DNA of 64,000 bases, taken from Oopsacas minuta (taxonomy: Eukaryota; Animalia; Porifera). The notes below the pieces were generated by a model. The model made no database searches and was not told where the DNA came from. It saw only the letters and a program-made list of their open reading frames with translations. Made by a program: the position numbers and the translations under genes. Positions 10,663 through 22,020 of this stretch are shown piece after piece. How positions within the stretch are numbered: the stretch's first letter is position 1; the number at the start of each line of letters is the position of its first letter. Location: the NCBI GenBank assembly GCA_024704765.1, contig JAKMXF010000354.1, positions 295,690 through 359,689 on the forward strand, written 5' to 3'.

Positions 10663-12330
10663 TCATGTTGTATGAGATTTAACATTAGGAGTGTGTTTGT
10701 AACAAGTGAAGTAATTACCCGGTATCAATCCCTTTCTTCCCTTACTGTTCATAGCATGCCACCAGATACTGTCGTTCTGTGAGCTTCTCTTCAAGACACG
10801 GAGTTGATCTGCTTTCTGAAAACTCAGTTCATCTTCGTGCTCTGCTGGATAGTCATAAACAGCGTAAACTTTTCCTCCATTAATAACACCGATCTCATTC
10901 TGTACCTTCAGTAAGAAGTGCAGACATTCGGTAGCTGTAGCAGAAGAGTATTTGTCATAGAATGCTCCCCCTACTTCATGCAGAGCTTCACACTCATCAT
11001 AAGCTAGTTTTAGAGGAGTATCCGCGTCATCATTCGGTGTGAATAGAGATGATCCATTCAGCACCAAGTGACGTACCATGTCTGGGTTAGAAACAGATAC
11101 AGCACAGTGTAATGGTGTCCATCCGTCTGGATCCTGACAATTAATATCAGCTCCTTTCTCTAGCAATAGACTAACCACTTGAGCACTACCTCTGAGAGCA
11201 GCCTTGTGAAGAGCAGTTAGTCCACGTCCTGATTTAGATTCTATGTCTACTCTACCCTGACGTAAACAGGTACGAACTACGTCGACCTCTCCTTCCAGGG
11301 CAGCGTCTAGGAATACCGCCTCTGCCTGGAAGTGCACCCGCCTCTGAGTATCACAACCTGCCTTGAGAGAGGTATCTAGATCTATTCTGAGAGGAGAATT
11401 GGACAGGGTTTGACTTGTGTCCTGAGGTTTATCATGAGGGGAGAGGGAGAACTTCTCTGTCATCTCCTCCAACACCTCCTCGTCCTCTGTCTCATCAGAC
11501 ATACTAATCGGATCTTCATCTTTTTGTCCCTGTTTGTGTTTCTTGTCTAGAGAGGTCAGGTCTGAGTACGTGTTATAGATACCCAGTTGGATGTCTATTG
11601 ACTTGTGTTCTGTGTCTGCGGGTGGGATAGAGGGAGGTGGTTCCTTAATAGTAGGAACAGGTTCCAACTTCTGATCCAAACTATGCCACCGTTTATACTT
11701 CTCATCGCTAACAGATTCATCTGTCACTCTCCAAAGACTAGGCTCTCTATGCTGCACGAGGCGAGTGACGTCATCAGATGAATAGCTATGTAATTGCTTC
11801 TCACTGGTAACAGCTGGTGGTGAGTTATTGGTGGATATTCTTACTTGTGAAATACTCTTGCTTAATTGATCCACATAAGCTGATCTTTGTTGTAGTCTAT
11901 CTTCAGTTTGTCTCACTTGTTGTAGTAATGATTTTATAGTGCTTTTTTGTGCTTTTTCACACCTCTTAGCCTCTTTGACTTTCCCCTCCAGCTGTCCTAT
12001 TTGACTGTGTAGTGTTGTAAGCATCTGAGGTGCTTGATCACTGGTTTCTATCTCTAATAGCTCGTTAGTGCTTTGGAGTGAGGCAAGTTCAGATAACAAT
12101 TTATCTCTCTCTCTCTTTGCTTCTTCACATTCACTTTCTGTCTCTTCACGCAGTTGTAACAGCTGTTTTTTGGTAGAAGACAACTGGGACATTCGTGAGT
12201 GACAGCTGAGACAAGCTTGCTCCAATACCAAACATTGCTGATAGAACCTTAAGCGAGATGAATAGTTCTTGCTAGGACTCGCGTGTTTCTTGTGTTTATG
12301 TTTAGCAGACAGAAATGTGCGGCTTGGCAT
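10663..12330 (-). CDS. ASPP-family protein (coiled coil, RVxF, ankyrin repeats, SH3)
   Basis: RRVHFQAEAVFLDAALEGE parallels ASPP RVKFNPLALLLDSSLEGE. Ankyrin repeats GLTALHKAA and GWTPLHCAV are followed by a C-terminal SH3 (VYDYPAEHEDELSF...WW...GLIPGNYF). First ATG is at 12330; the ORF track starts at a TTG. Confidence 0.85.
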   Translation of the reverse strand: MPSRTFLSAKHKHKKHASPSKNYSSRLRFYQQCLVLEQACLSCHSRMSQLSSTKKQLLQLREETESECEEAKRERDKLLSELASLQSTNELLEIETSDQAPQMLTTLHSQIGQLEGKVKEAKRCEKAQKSTIKSLLQQVRQTEDRLQQRSAYVDQLSKSISQVRISTNNSPPAVTSEKQLHSYSSDDVTRLVQHREPSLWRVTDESVSDEKYKRWHSLDQKLEPVPTIKEPPPSIPPADTEHKSIDIQLGIYNTYSDLTSLDKKHKQGQKDEDPISMSDETEDEEVLEEMTEKFSLSPHDKPQDTSQTLSNSPLRIDLDTSLKAGCDTQRRVHFQAEAVFLDAALEGEVDVVRTCLRQGRVDIESKSGRGLTALHKAALRGSAQVVSLLLEKGADINCQDPDGWTPLHCAVSVSNPDMVRHLVLNGSSLFTPNDDADTPLKLAYDECEALHEVGGAFYDKYSSATATECLHFLLKVQNEIGVINGGKVYAVYDYPAEHEDELSFQKADQLRVLKRSSQNDSIWWHAMNSKGRKGLIPGNYFTCYKHTPNVKSHTT

Positions 12331-12781
12331 TACTAATTGAGCTTGTATAATGTAATACAAGTAAGGGATTTATCATATCATTAGTTAATTACTGTAGAGA
12401 AAGCTTTTTGTGACAAGTATTGTTACGTAATCATTGTGTGTAGAATATTATAACTGATTTTACTAATTTGTATAACTCAATATTTGTTCGTTGTTCGAAT
12501 TAATTGGATAGGTAAATTTGGTAGCCGATTCCTTTTATACTAGAGTGTAACCTCCACAAACAGGGTGCCAGGGGCGCCGAAAACGCTAACCGATTTCCCT
12601 GTTTGTGGAAGTTTGTTTGCATGGCAATATGATTCGCTCTCCGTTTCCAGAGGTCTCGTTTGTTTGTGGAGGCTATACTTTACGTTTCGTTTTCAAAGTT
12701 ACGAAAAATGTATTTACAGATATACAAACATAAGAAATAAACATCTATTTGCATATACGTTAGGTAGTTATAAAATATTCA

Positions 12782-14479
12782 TTAGGGAGGTAGATAATGT
12801 AACAGCATGTTATAGATACGGGGTTGTCTATTCAAGATATTAAATGGTACTTTCTTCCTAACGATAACATTAGCAGCTAATGTAAGAAGGGGGTATGGTT
12901 TGTTAAGGATAACATACTTGTCCCTGGTCCCTTCGTATGCTTGTCTGGCAGGCCCTATCCTAAAACTGTAAATAATACTGTTTATCTGATCGATGAATGA
13001 ATTACCCTCACTGTCCACTGTAAATGGACTAGCTCCACTTTCTATTAGCGTCTGTACCATGTATATGTCCCCGTAGAGTAACCAATGTTGTAATAGAGTA
13101 CGTCCTGTATTTGCATTCCTTACATTGATGTCATTATCAAAACGAGCAATGAACCCAGATAATTCTCTCTTATCAAATGAGTGGCAAACTTCGTTAACGT
13201 CAACAAATGATATCTTTGAGTTATAAAAATGGGAAGCTGGAAGATAAACAAACACTTTATTGAGAGAAATAGAGAATACTTCTAGCTCATAGTATGGAAT
13301 CTCACTGAAAGTCCCATAATACGTAACTAACAGCTGATGCATACTAAACAATAGCAATACAAACACCTCTATTGACTTATTTACCATATTTTTATCCTTA
13401 TTTACAAGTATAACGTCAGGTGTCATATTTACAAAACTACTCAATAAAGAGAAATTTATTACAGCCATCAAATCTTCTTTCGTTATTAGGTACTTCGTAT
13501 ATTTGATAAAAATATTTAAAAGTGTAGACAATAATGTATAAGTATATTCTGATTGATAAGGCTGTACTTTTAGCCATGACGTAATCAATAGTTCGATTAT
13601 TAATTTGGTACGTAAATAATATCCATGTTTGGTGCTATTCTCTATAATAGCCGTTATCAAGGGCAAATCAAAAGCAATACTGAGAGGATCGTTAAAGTTC
13701 CATAAGTGTTGCCAAATATTTATCATAAACTCTGTATGCTCGAACGTACAATCACAAGAGTTTTCTGTTTGAGTGCAATAACAAACACTAGTACGAGAAT
13801 CAGAGAAATTAGCAATACGAGGCGTGTTACTGTTATTAACAAATTCGAAACAGTTTTTAAAGAGATAGGAAAATGGAGCAGTGATACCTGTGAAATAATT
13901 GTGAGCTATTATACCGTGTTTAACAAATAGAGCTATCACATGACAATGCTGATCCACGGGGCCCCATTTGCTATACGCTACTTCAGGATAATTTCCATTT
14001 ACCGATTTGAATCTGTGATGCACTAAGTTCCAAACAGAGAATCGAATACTATTATCAATATACAGATCCACAAAATTGATGAGAATATCGATCAGCTGTA
14101 AACATGGATTAGTACCAGCTGAGCAGTAATGTAAAGCTTCTATTGGATTTAACATTCTATCATCTTGAGTTAGACGAGCTCCTCTCTCACAAAGGATAGC
14201 AATAATGTCTCTTATATTATCAAGCTTGTTATGATCGCTATTAAATAAAAATTCGTAGTATCGTTCTGCATGGAATGTTCCAGGAGGTTTAGGTAAAATA
14301 GCTAAGTGCAATAGTGACAACCCTTTTTCACCTGTCTCGTTAATGTCGTCTGTTTCAGATAACAGGCTCCTTACTTCTGAAGCCCGTTTGTATAACACAG
14401 CTCTCTGGAGAGAAAGATAGTGAGAGTAAGGTTGTAAATTTGACTTAATTGTTGAAATCTTAGAATTATGATGGCCCAT
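12782..14479 (-). CDS. Divergent ankyrin-repeat protein with FEM1-like C-terminal BC/Cullin box
   Basis: Ankyrin-like GLSLLHLAIL and TGRTLLQHW...GASPFTVDSEGNS. C-terminal PLLTLAANVIVRKKVPF resembles the FEM1 terminal box. First ATG 14479 gives MGHHNS. Confidence 0.55.
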   Translation of the reverse strand: MGHHNSKISTIKSNLQPYSHYLSLQRAVLYKRASEVRSLLSETDDINETGEKGLSLLHLAILPKPPGTFHAERYYEFLFNSDHNKLDNIRDIIAILCERGARLTQDDRMLNPIEALHYCSAGTNPCLQLIDILINFVDLYIDNSIRFSVWNLVHHRFKSVNGNYPEVAYSKWGPVDQHCHVIALFVKHGIIAHNYFTGITAPFSYLFKNCFEFVNNSNTPRIANFSDSRTSVCYCTQTENSCDCTFEHTEFMINIWQHLWNFNDPLSIAFDLPLITAIIENSTKHGYYLRTKLIIELLITSWLKVQPYQSEYTYTLLSTLLNIFIKYTKYLITKEDLMAVINFSLLSSFVNMTPDVILVNKDKNMVNKSIEVFVLLLFSMHQLLVTYYGTFSEIPYYELEVFSISLNKVFVYLPASHFYNSKISFVDVNEVCHSFDKRELSGFIARFDNDINVRNANTGRTLLQHWLLYGDIYMVQTLIESGASPFTVDSEGNSFIDQINSIIYSFRIGPARQAYEGTRDKYVILNKPYPLLTLAANVIVRKKVPFNILNRQPRIYNMLLHYLPP

Positions 14480-14643
14480 TTGACAAATAATAAACTCTAA
14501 ATTGAAAGTGATCAGTTGTCTTATTAACAATAAAGTTTGTTTAAATAATAAATAGGTAGTACGACAAAATTCATATATTCAAAATCTCTGATTTAATGTA
14601 CATACATTCAAAATATATTTACCTATGTCAAATATATAAAATT

Positions 14644-15468
14644 CTAAAAGATAAAACAAATTTTCCTATTTCCAGGGCTGATCCAATGACCACCCCGTCC
14701 TCTCCTCACTTCTCTTGTCCAACTGGGCACAAAGCTGTAGTTGCTACCAAATATCCAAGGACCACTCCATCCTATCCTCACTTCTCTTGTCCAGCTGGCC
14801 ACAAACCTGTAGTTGCTACCAAATGATCTGAAAACTGACGCCAGACAGAGTAGAGGTTGGAAACTGTTAGAAATAACGCTAGCAATCCCTCTCATAAATA
14901 TTTTACTTATATTATTACCCCAATTCCAATTACCCCAATCAACCCAATTATCCCAGGGCGTTGGAACTGTAGTTGGTACTTGCAATGAATTCCTATATAA
15001 AGCGAAAGTTAGAACAGCAATAGCTACAATCAAGAATATATTCGTGAAGCTAAGCCAGCTATTAGCTTGATAACTAGAATGAGAATAATCATAATCAATC
15101 TCATACTCCAATCCACAAGAATCTTTCAGTATGTAGGGATCCTCTGAGTGTTCATATCCCTCACAAGACACCTGGATACGACCAAACTTGTATCTTTGAT
15201 CAAAATCTGCTTCACACTCCCATCTAACGTCTTGTCTTTGTGATCCAATGTTAGAACATATCACCAAGTTAGGCCTGGGGGTAGAACTACAACCAGCTGA
15301 TCCACCCACACATCTCAGCTGAGGAATAGGACTGACGCGACGTGAATTTGTCAATTGTCCCTCCCTCAACACGATGGAGTCTACATTCTGTAGCAGAATC
15401 CTATCAAAATGAGATTGAGCATAACAGCTGGTGGCAATAAACATAACCAATGCCAATAATAACTGCAT
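14644..15468 (-). CDS. SARAF: SARAF (TMEM66) paralog B with divergent cytosolic tail, 274 aa
   Basis: Signal peptide, luminal domain SRRVSPIPQLRCVGG...VSCEGYEHSEDPYILKDSCGLEYEID, one TM segment. The tail lacks the terminal GGTxKR motif. Confidence 0.8.
   Translation of the reverse strand: MQLLLALVMFIATSCYAQSHFDRILLQNVDSIVLREGQLTNSRRVSPIPQLRCVGGSAGCSSTPRPNLVICSNIGSQRQDVRWECEADFDQRYKFGRIQVSCEGYEHSEDPYILKDSCGLEYEIDYDYSHSSYQANSWLSFTNIFLIVAIAVLTFALYRNSLQVPTTVPTPWDNWVDWGNWNWGNNISKIFMRGIASVISNSFQPLLCLASVFRSFGSNYRFVASWTREVRIGWSGPWIFGSNYSFVPSWTREVRRGRGGHWISPGNRKICFIF
14689..14832. repeat. Two imperfect tandem 72-bp units inside the SARAF-B tail
   Basis: accaccccgtcctctcctcacttctcttgtcc... (14689) and accactccatcctatcctcacttctcttgtcc... 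(14761). Confidence 0.85.
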
Positions 15469-15881
15469 CTGTTGGTAACGAATACTCTGTTTAATAATCG
15501 AGATAGAAATATTACAGCCCTGACCTTGCTGCTCACAGAATTTACTCCTGGCTATTTATACGGGAGTCCAATAGGATGATATCTTATTATCTAGAATGGC
15601 GACGTGTTACAAACTTTCAACATAAATACGTAGTTAGTTAGTCGGCGAATTACAGTACACCTTGATTATTAGGACGCTTTTGACAGATCCCAACGAGTCT
15701 GGATAATCGAGGTTGCACTGTATTAGTATTTACACAGCAATTGTTAGCGATAAATATTAAATAATAATTCATAAGTCATAACGTATTTAATATAAAGAGC
15801 AGAGTAAATAGTTTTTAGTAATAGCAATACTTTTCAGTTAGCTGAAAATAAGGGATATTAACATGTAATAGTGTATATTTA

Positions 15882-16808
15882 TTATCTCTTGCTAGTACCT
15901 CCAAACGCACTCTTCCTAGAAGTGCTTCCTCCTCCTGAGGAGAATCCAGAACTACCCCATCCACTCCCCTGATACCCTCTCCTTGCTCCACCTCCCCAGC
16001 CGGACATACCCCCATGATGATACCCTGATCCATAACCATAACCAGACCCATACCCGCGTCCATAACCAGACCCATAACCAGACCCATACCCGCGTCCATA
16101 ACCAGACCCATAACCACGCCCGTAACCACGAAATGGAGATGTGAACATGTTAAAAATTGAGTTAACGATTCCTCCAATAAACATTCCGCCCAAAAAATTA
16201 CCCCAAAACCCTCCAGTGTTACTAGGGGATGTTCCCCCCGTAGAAGGTGAAGCTGTGTGTCCAGTGGGTGTGCCTGTTGTATCTGTACCTCTCCCATCCA
16301 AGGAATTCTGGTAGATAGCATATATAAGAATACCGATAGCAGCAAATATGATTATATTTGTAAAGCTAAACCAGCTAGATTGATTATAAGAGTAGTCTTG
16401 ATTATATTGATGACTAGAATGAGAATAATCATAATCAATCTCATACTCCAATCCACAAGAATCTTTCAGTATGTAGGGATCCTCTGAGTGTTCATATCCC
16501 TCACAAGACACCTGGATACGACCAAACTTGTATCTTTGATCAAAATCTGCTTCACACTCCCATCTAACGTCTTGTCTTTGTGATCCAATGTTAGAACATA
16601 TCACCAAGTTAGGCCTGGGGGTAGAACTACAACCAGCTGATCCACCCACACATCTCAGCTGAGGAATAGGACTGACGCGACGTGAATTTGTCAATTGTCC
16701 CTCCCTCAACACGATGGAGTCTACATTCTGTAGCAGAACCCTCTCAAAATGAGATTGAGCATAACAGCTGGTGGCAACAAATATTACCAGTGCCAATAAT
16801 AACTGCAT
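15882..16808 (-). CDS. SARAF: SARAF (TMEM66) paralog A, full length
   Basis: Same luminal domain, TM segment, Gly/Tyr-rich tail ending FGGTSKR (human ends GYGGTRRR). ATG 16808 aligns with the paralog B start at a 1340-bp offset; an upstream ATG lies at 16826. Confidence 0.92.
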   Translation of the reverse strand: MQLLLALVIFVATSCYAQSHFERVLLQNVDSIVLREGQLTNSRRVSPIPQLRCVGGSAGCSSTPRPNLVICSNIGSQRQDVRWECEADFDQRYKFGRIQVSCEGYEHSEDPYILKDSCGLEYEIDYDYSHSSHQYNQDYSYNQSSWFSFTNIIIFAAIGILIYAIYQNSLDGRGTDTTGTPTGHTASPSTGGTSPSNTGGFWGNFLGGMFIGGIVNSIFNMFTSPFRGYGRGYGSGYGRGYGSGYGSGYGRGYGSGYGYGSGYHHGGMSGWGGGARRGYQGSGWGSSGFSSGGGSTSRKSAFGGTSKR

Positions 16809-18128
16809 CTGTAGGTGACGAATCATTGGAAATAAATAAAATGTATATTAGTAATAGGATGTGTTTTTTTGCAATAGAATATAGTAATATAATTTAGATA
16901 TTGTATCTCACAAGTTTGTGACTATATTTGATACATAAATTGAGTAATTTATTAATTTCTATTTATACATTGGAAATGATGCGATAAGACAGGCCTTATA
17001 ATTATCTATGGAGCATCCGTTTGAAAACTTTCAATGTGGATGTTCCACGTGTCAGATTAGAATTGGATGATATTAGTAATCAATGTTGATAATATTTGTC
17101 TGATATTTTTTGTATACATTAACTATTGCATAAGTAATTTTCTACGTATATGCCACAAATTAAAGTTTGTCATAAAAAAAAAATTCTGAGTAATAATCAA
17201 TTGAGTATAATTAGAGTATATGTGACCTACATTATAAGACATAAAATTTCTGCTCATTCACTTGACATCTTGCTAATCTCAATAAAATTATTTACTGAAG
17301 AAGTGACCTAACACTGATTTATGCAGTTAGTAGAGTCACTAATGCAAATGAGCTGACTATGAATTACTTAAGTGAATTCGTTAACTAGAAATAACCACCA
17401 CAAATGTGCGTAATTCAATTCATTTGCAAACTTATTTATTGCATTAAAGAAGATATTTTTGTCTAGTCCAGTTTAATCGTATGAATTAACGTGGTATGGC
17501 ACACAATATAAATCAAGTTTCCATTCTAGAGACTACAAAGGAATATATATTGACAGATGAATTGGTTAAAATTTGCAGCCTACGAAATAGCTACTTGGAG
17601 AACTGATAGTTATGCCATCTAACTGTACTTAAATGGTGTTTATACCCACTGGAGTCGAAACGATTTTCACCAAGTGTATGCTCAACATATGGAAACGGAA
17701 ACAAATGTGCTAACTTGTAATCACATGTATTTATCCAAATGGAATCTAGGGGTTCTAGCAACCAACACTTTTAATAAATACGAGTATACAGTGGATATGA
17801 ACTATGTATCAAGTAACATTGTACTTATTCATTGATCTTTCCAATCTGAAATTATGACATTCGTACCCCTAAATACATAGCTAAAACGTTCATGGGAAGT
17901 TACTCACCCCCCGATAATACCCATTAGAGATATAATATTTCAAACAAGAGAGTCATTACTAAATCATGTAACCAAGCTTCATATATATATATATATATAC
18001 AATAAACAATAAATTATTACATCACTATACATCAAATAGTAGGAGCACAAGCCCAACGAAATAAAATCTCATACTTATATTGCTGTATGCCGAGAGATCT
18101 GAATAGGTAAAAACACATAGCAGTATCC

Positions 18129-18173
<45 letters not shown>
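18129..18173. repeat. (AAT)15 microsatellite
   Basis: Direct reading, just downstream of the ASAP stop codon. Confidence 0.97.
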
Positions 18174-18174
<1 letters not shown>

Positions 18175-18194
18175 GCTTAAAAACTCTGGTTTCA

Positions 18195-21100
18195 TTAAGT
18201 TGCACTAGGAATTTTGTGTCCCTCTACTCTCTCAGCATAACAGCTGGGGAAGACGCCTACTGCATTTCTATTACTGATTAGGAAACCACGCCACCAATCT
18301 TCATCAAGGATTTGTGTTACTACAATGTTATCTCCTAAAGTGAATGAGAGTTCATCTGTGTAGTCAGCTTCACAGTCGTATAGAGCTCTAGCTAGGAATG
18401 CCTGATGGGACTCAGGACGTGGTGGGATAGGAGGATAATTCCCCAACGGAGGAGGCATCGGTTCAGCCATGCTACCTCTGTTTCCTTCGCTAGTTTTCTG
18501 TCCTTTAGAACGTCTTGGAGGAACAGGAGGTGTTTCACCCCCTGCGTCAAGACTACCAGTGTAAAAAAGATCATGTCCATGTATAGGGGGTGTAGCCTGA
18601 TCCTTCTCTTCAGCAGTTAGCATCATACAAAGAGGGAGTTCATATAGTCCCTCTGTACCTACTTCAGATAATCCCCAGTCTATGTCATCGAATTCTAGTG
18701 ACATCTCTATTCGTTTGTGTTTACTTTCAGATAGTAGATCTACTATATCTTCGAAATTACACTCCTTAGCAATATCCTTTGGAGTTTTGTTATCTGAATT
18801 CTGGAAGTTGAAGTCCCCAGATGTTTTCAGTAGTAACAACTTCATACAGTTTAACTTACCATATCTAGCTGCTACATGTAGTGGGGTATTACCATCTATG
18901 TCCTTTTGAATGACATGCTGACTGTTACTAATCAGGAAGTCTACGATGTGTAGAGATGTATTGTCCTCCTGTTCTATAGCGAAGTGTATTATAGAGGTAC
19001 CATTCTGTACAGTGGGGAGAGGAGATGAGAAATCTGCCTACAGAATTAACGTACATAAATACAACTACGTAAATAATATGACGTCATTACTCACTCTCTC
19101 CCCAAATGCTTGTAACATTGTCGGCATGTGTCTATTGACAACAGCATTCTGTAGCATGATTAGCAGCTCGTCTGTTTGTTCCTGTTCTGATGCTTCACTT
19201 TGAGCTACATACTTCCTATCTATATACTTCCTTTTGATATACTGCCGTCTCTGGTCCATGTCAGCACTAGGATCTAGCTTCTTATCTCCTGGATACATGG
19301 TCAGTCCTGCTTCAAAAGTGTCATTGAATGTATCGTTACTCATCATGCGAGATGTTAGCAGCTCTGAATTCTTAACGTCATCTAGCTCAAGACTACGAAT
19401 ACGTGACATCTAGTAATAACATGTAAATAATTGAGATTCGGCACTGTATACTCCAGTTAAATAATCACAACAATTAAGCTATGTTAAAGGTACTTTTAGC
19501 ATTGTCAACTCCGGTTATATCAAAGCTCAAGGGAACCAGGATCGCGATAATTCCTACTATATAAACGGAGTTCATATAACCGAGGAATTTATGTTCCTAA
19601 TTTTACAATTCCAAACTTCGATATAACGTGAGTTGGCTGTACTATTGTCCTGAATGTTTGAATTGTAGAATAGCAAGCAATACCTGTACTCCCATCTCTC
19701 TGTGCAGGCCTGAGCACTCAATACACACAAGCACACCTAAATTGACTGAGAACCATGCTGGTTCAGGACAATTACAGTCTGCACATATATTGTTACCAGG
19801 TAGCTGTCGTATGGTAGAGATGACTCCTTTCACAATTCGGATCCTCTCATCAGGTCTGTTGGTCCTCCAGGGCCTAGTTACAGATTCTACGTCATTCCCA
19901 GCACTCTTAAATGCCTCTTCCATACACTTGTTCTTTGCATTAAGCAATACTGACACCCATTCTTCACACTCTTCTTTCGTATCACAGCCAAATACTATTG
20001 TCTTGTTTGACGTTATCATTTGGAAAGCAAACCTCTTCAAATCAACTTCTCCCAGATGATTGACAGCACATGTTAGCATAGGATATACTGTAGGAGCTGT
20101 ACGCGCATGATTAGGATCTGATAGCATGAATACTCCTGCTTTTATCTAATAGAATATATAGAGTACATGTTAGAACAGTTTATAAATTCCTATTTGAAAT
20201 GAGTCAGAGCTCGTAATTTCTAAATCAACAATGACTCACTTCACAAATCCTCTTCTGCCAGATCTTACGAACAATCCCCTCACTCCTCTTAAACAGCTGT
20301 CCTTGTTTCTCTGTACCGTGTATGGAGTCTCCCTTCATTACGTGGAGCTTGTACTGATCTCTCAGAGGCTTGTCTGGGGGCTGAATTATATGATCTCTGA
20401 GTTTACCATTTGCCTTTTCTAATTCTCTCTGATCCATTTGAATAACCTAATAACATAATAAGTTACTCAAATAAGCTTGTATAATATAATACAAATAGTG
20501 TACCTGCTTCAGCGCTGCTAGGTCAGTAGATTTCTTCTCCGACCATTCATTCAAAGCTTGTAGGAACTCAGATCCGTCTAAGAAATATCGTTGTAAAATA
20601 TGAAAGTAGTTGACTAGTTGAGAAGCAAACTCCACCTCTTTTTTTAGATTGACGTCATTAGACCAGTGCCAAAATTCTACCAATTCATACTGTACCTTTC
20701 GTCTCTCCTTCAATAGCTCAACTGTGAATAATTCTCTAGGAACTGATACCTTAGGCATACCTGTCTTCTTCAGTTGTTTGTTTCTAGCAGATTCTAGACT
20801 ACTACGAGCTTGTTCGAAGTCATGATAGCTCTTGTCAACTTTCCTCTTCCTGTCTTGTTTCAGTAAATTCTTCTGCATACTAAAGCAGCATATTAATAGT
20901 TAAAAAAGTGTGAATGATTTTATAAGACCACGGCCTGTTCATAATAAGCGATTCTGACTGTAATGCAAGGCGGATTGGGCACCGGCAATGCTCGGTAGGC
21001 CGATGAACATGTGACTAGTGGGTTGACGAGATGGTTTCGGAATATTTGTCAGAGCCGTTTTAGTCCCCAGATCACCCCTGCTTAAATAAATTCCTATCGA

Positions 21101-22020
21101 GCGGATTTACTATATTTATTCTAATTAAATATTTGTTAAATAAAATGAACTACTGGATTAGAGTAATGTATGTTACCTATCTAGTGGGAACGTTAACATG
21201 TTATTGAGATGTTGTATCAGTGTTCTAGCCAATCGTGCCATTTCCTTGAATACAGTAGAGAAAGTAGTAAATGTATTTCCTATTTGATTTCCCTTACTAC
21301 TGAGATGAGCACCATACTCCACTAATGTCTGACTAAACTGATCAGTAGCTTTGCTATAGGAATCTCCCTTAGATTTCATAACCTTAAGATTGTCGACAAA
21401 TTTTTTGATAAAGTCTTTCTCAGGAGCAAGTTCCTGGTCTGCTTGCCCAACAGCATTCTTGAATCCATTCATCTTTTTGTGGAAATCACACTTAGTCTAT
21501 GGAATACAATTTGGTTACATCAACAATTCAACATCTAATACATACGTAGCAAATACCCATCATGCATCCATAGATCATCATAACCGGCATGGGACAGGGG
21601 TACGGATGGTGCATTGAAAACCAAATAGCTCACTATATAGGATGTATGTATATTTCACTTTATAACGGGGTCTCGGGCCAGGACTAAGATATTTATTCGA
21701 TATTAGAGAGAGAATATTACAAAATAGCGAATTATGGGAGGAGGCAACAGCCTTATTGTAGCTGTTATCGAACCCGACTTAACTTAGGTCTAACATTCTA
21801 GAGAATATATAAACAAGAAGAACAAAGCTAAGAAAAAAATAACCTTATCCATATCTAGAGGATCAAAATCGGTCGTGTCTGTGAGACTTCGAATCTCATC
21901 TAAGTCTATATCTAGATCTTTATCAACTTGTTGTAGGAAATGTTTCTGAAAGAATTCAGCATTTTTCTTGTCTTGGAAAGTTAACATGACAGATTCCGGA
22001 GGTTTATGTACTTCAGTCAT
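18195..22020 (-). CDS. ASAP: ASAP-family ArfGAP (BAR-PH-ArfGAP-ANK-Pro-rich-SH3); exons 22020-21844, 21496-21177, 20879-20504, 20446-20240, 20145-19684, 19409-19095, 19037-18195; 899 aa
   Basis: All six junctions are GT-AG and phase-compatible (total 2700 nt). PH GQLFKRSEGIVRKIWQKR, ArfGAP CADC..x16..CIECSGLHREMGV, ankyrin GNTPLHVAA, SH3 ALYDCEADYTDELSF...WWRG. Confidence 0.92.
19500..19641. mobile_element. Degenerate pogo/Tigger-like MITE in ASAP intron 5
   Basis: Right end ttcgatataacgtgagttggctgTA is an imperfect inverted copy of left gtcaactccggttatatcaaag. A related left-end fragment lies at ~51733. Confidence 0.55.
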
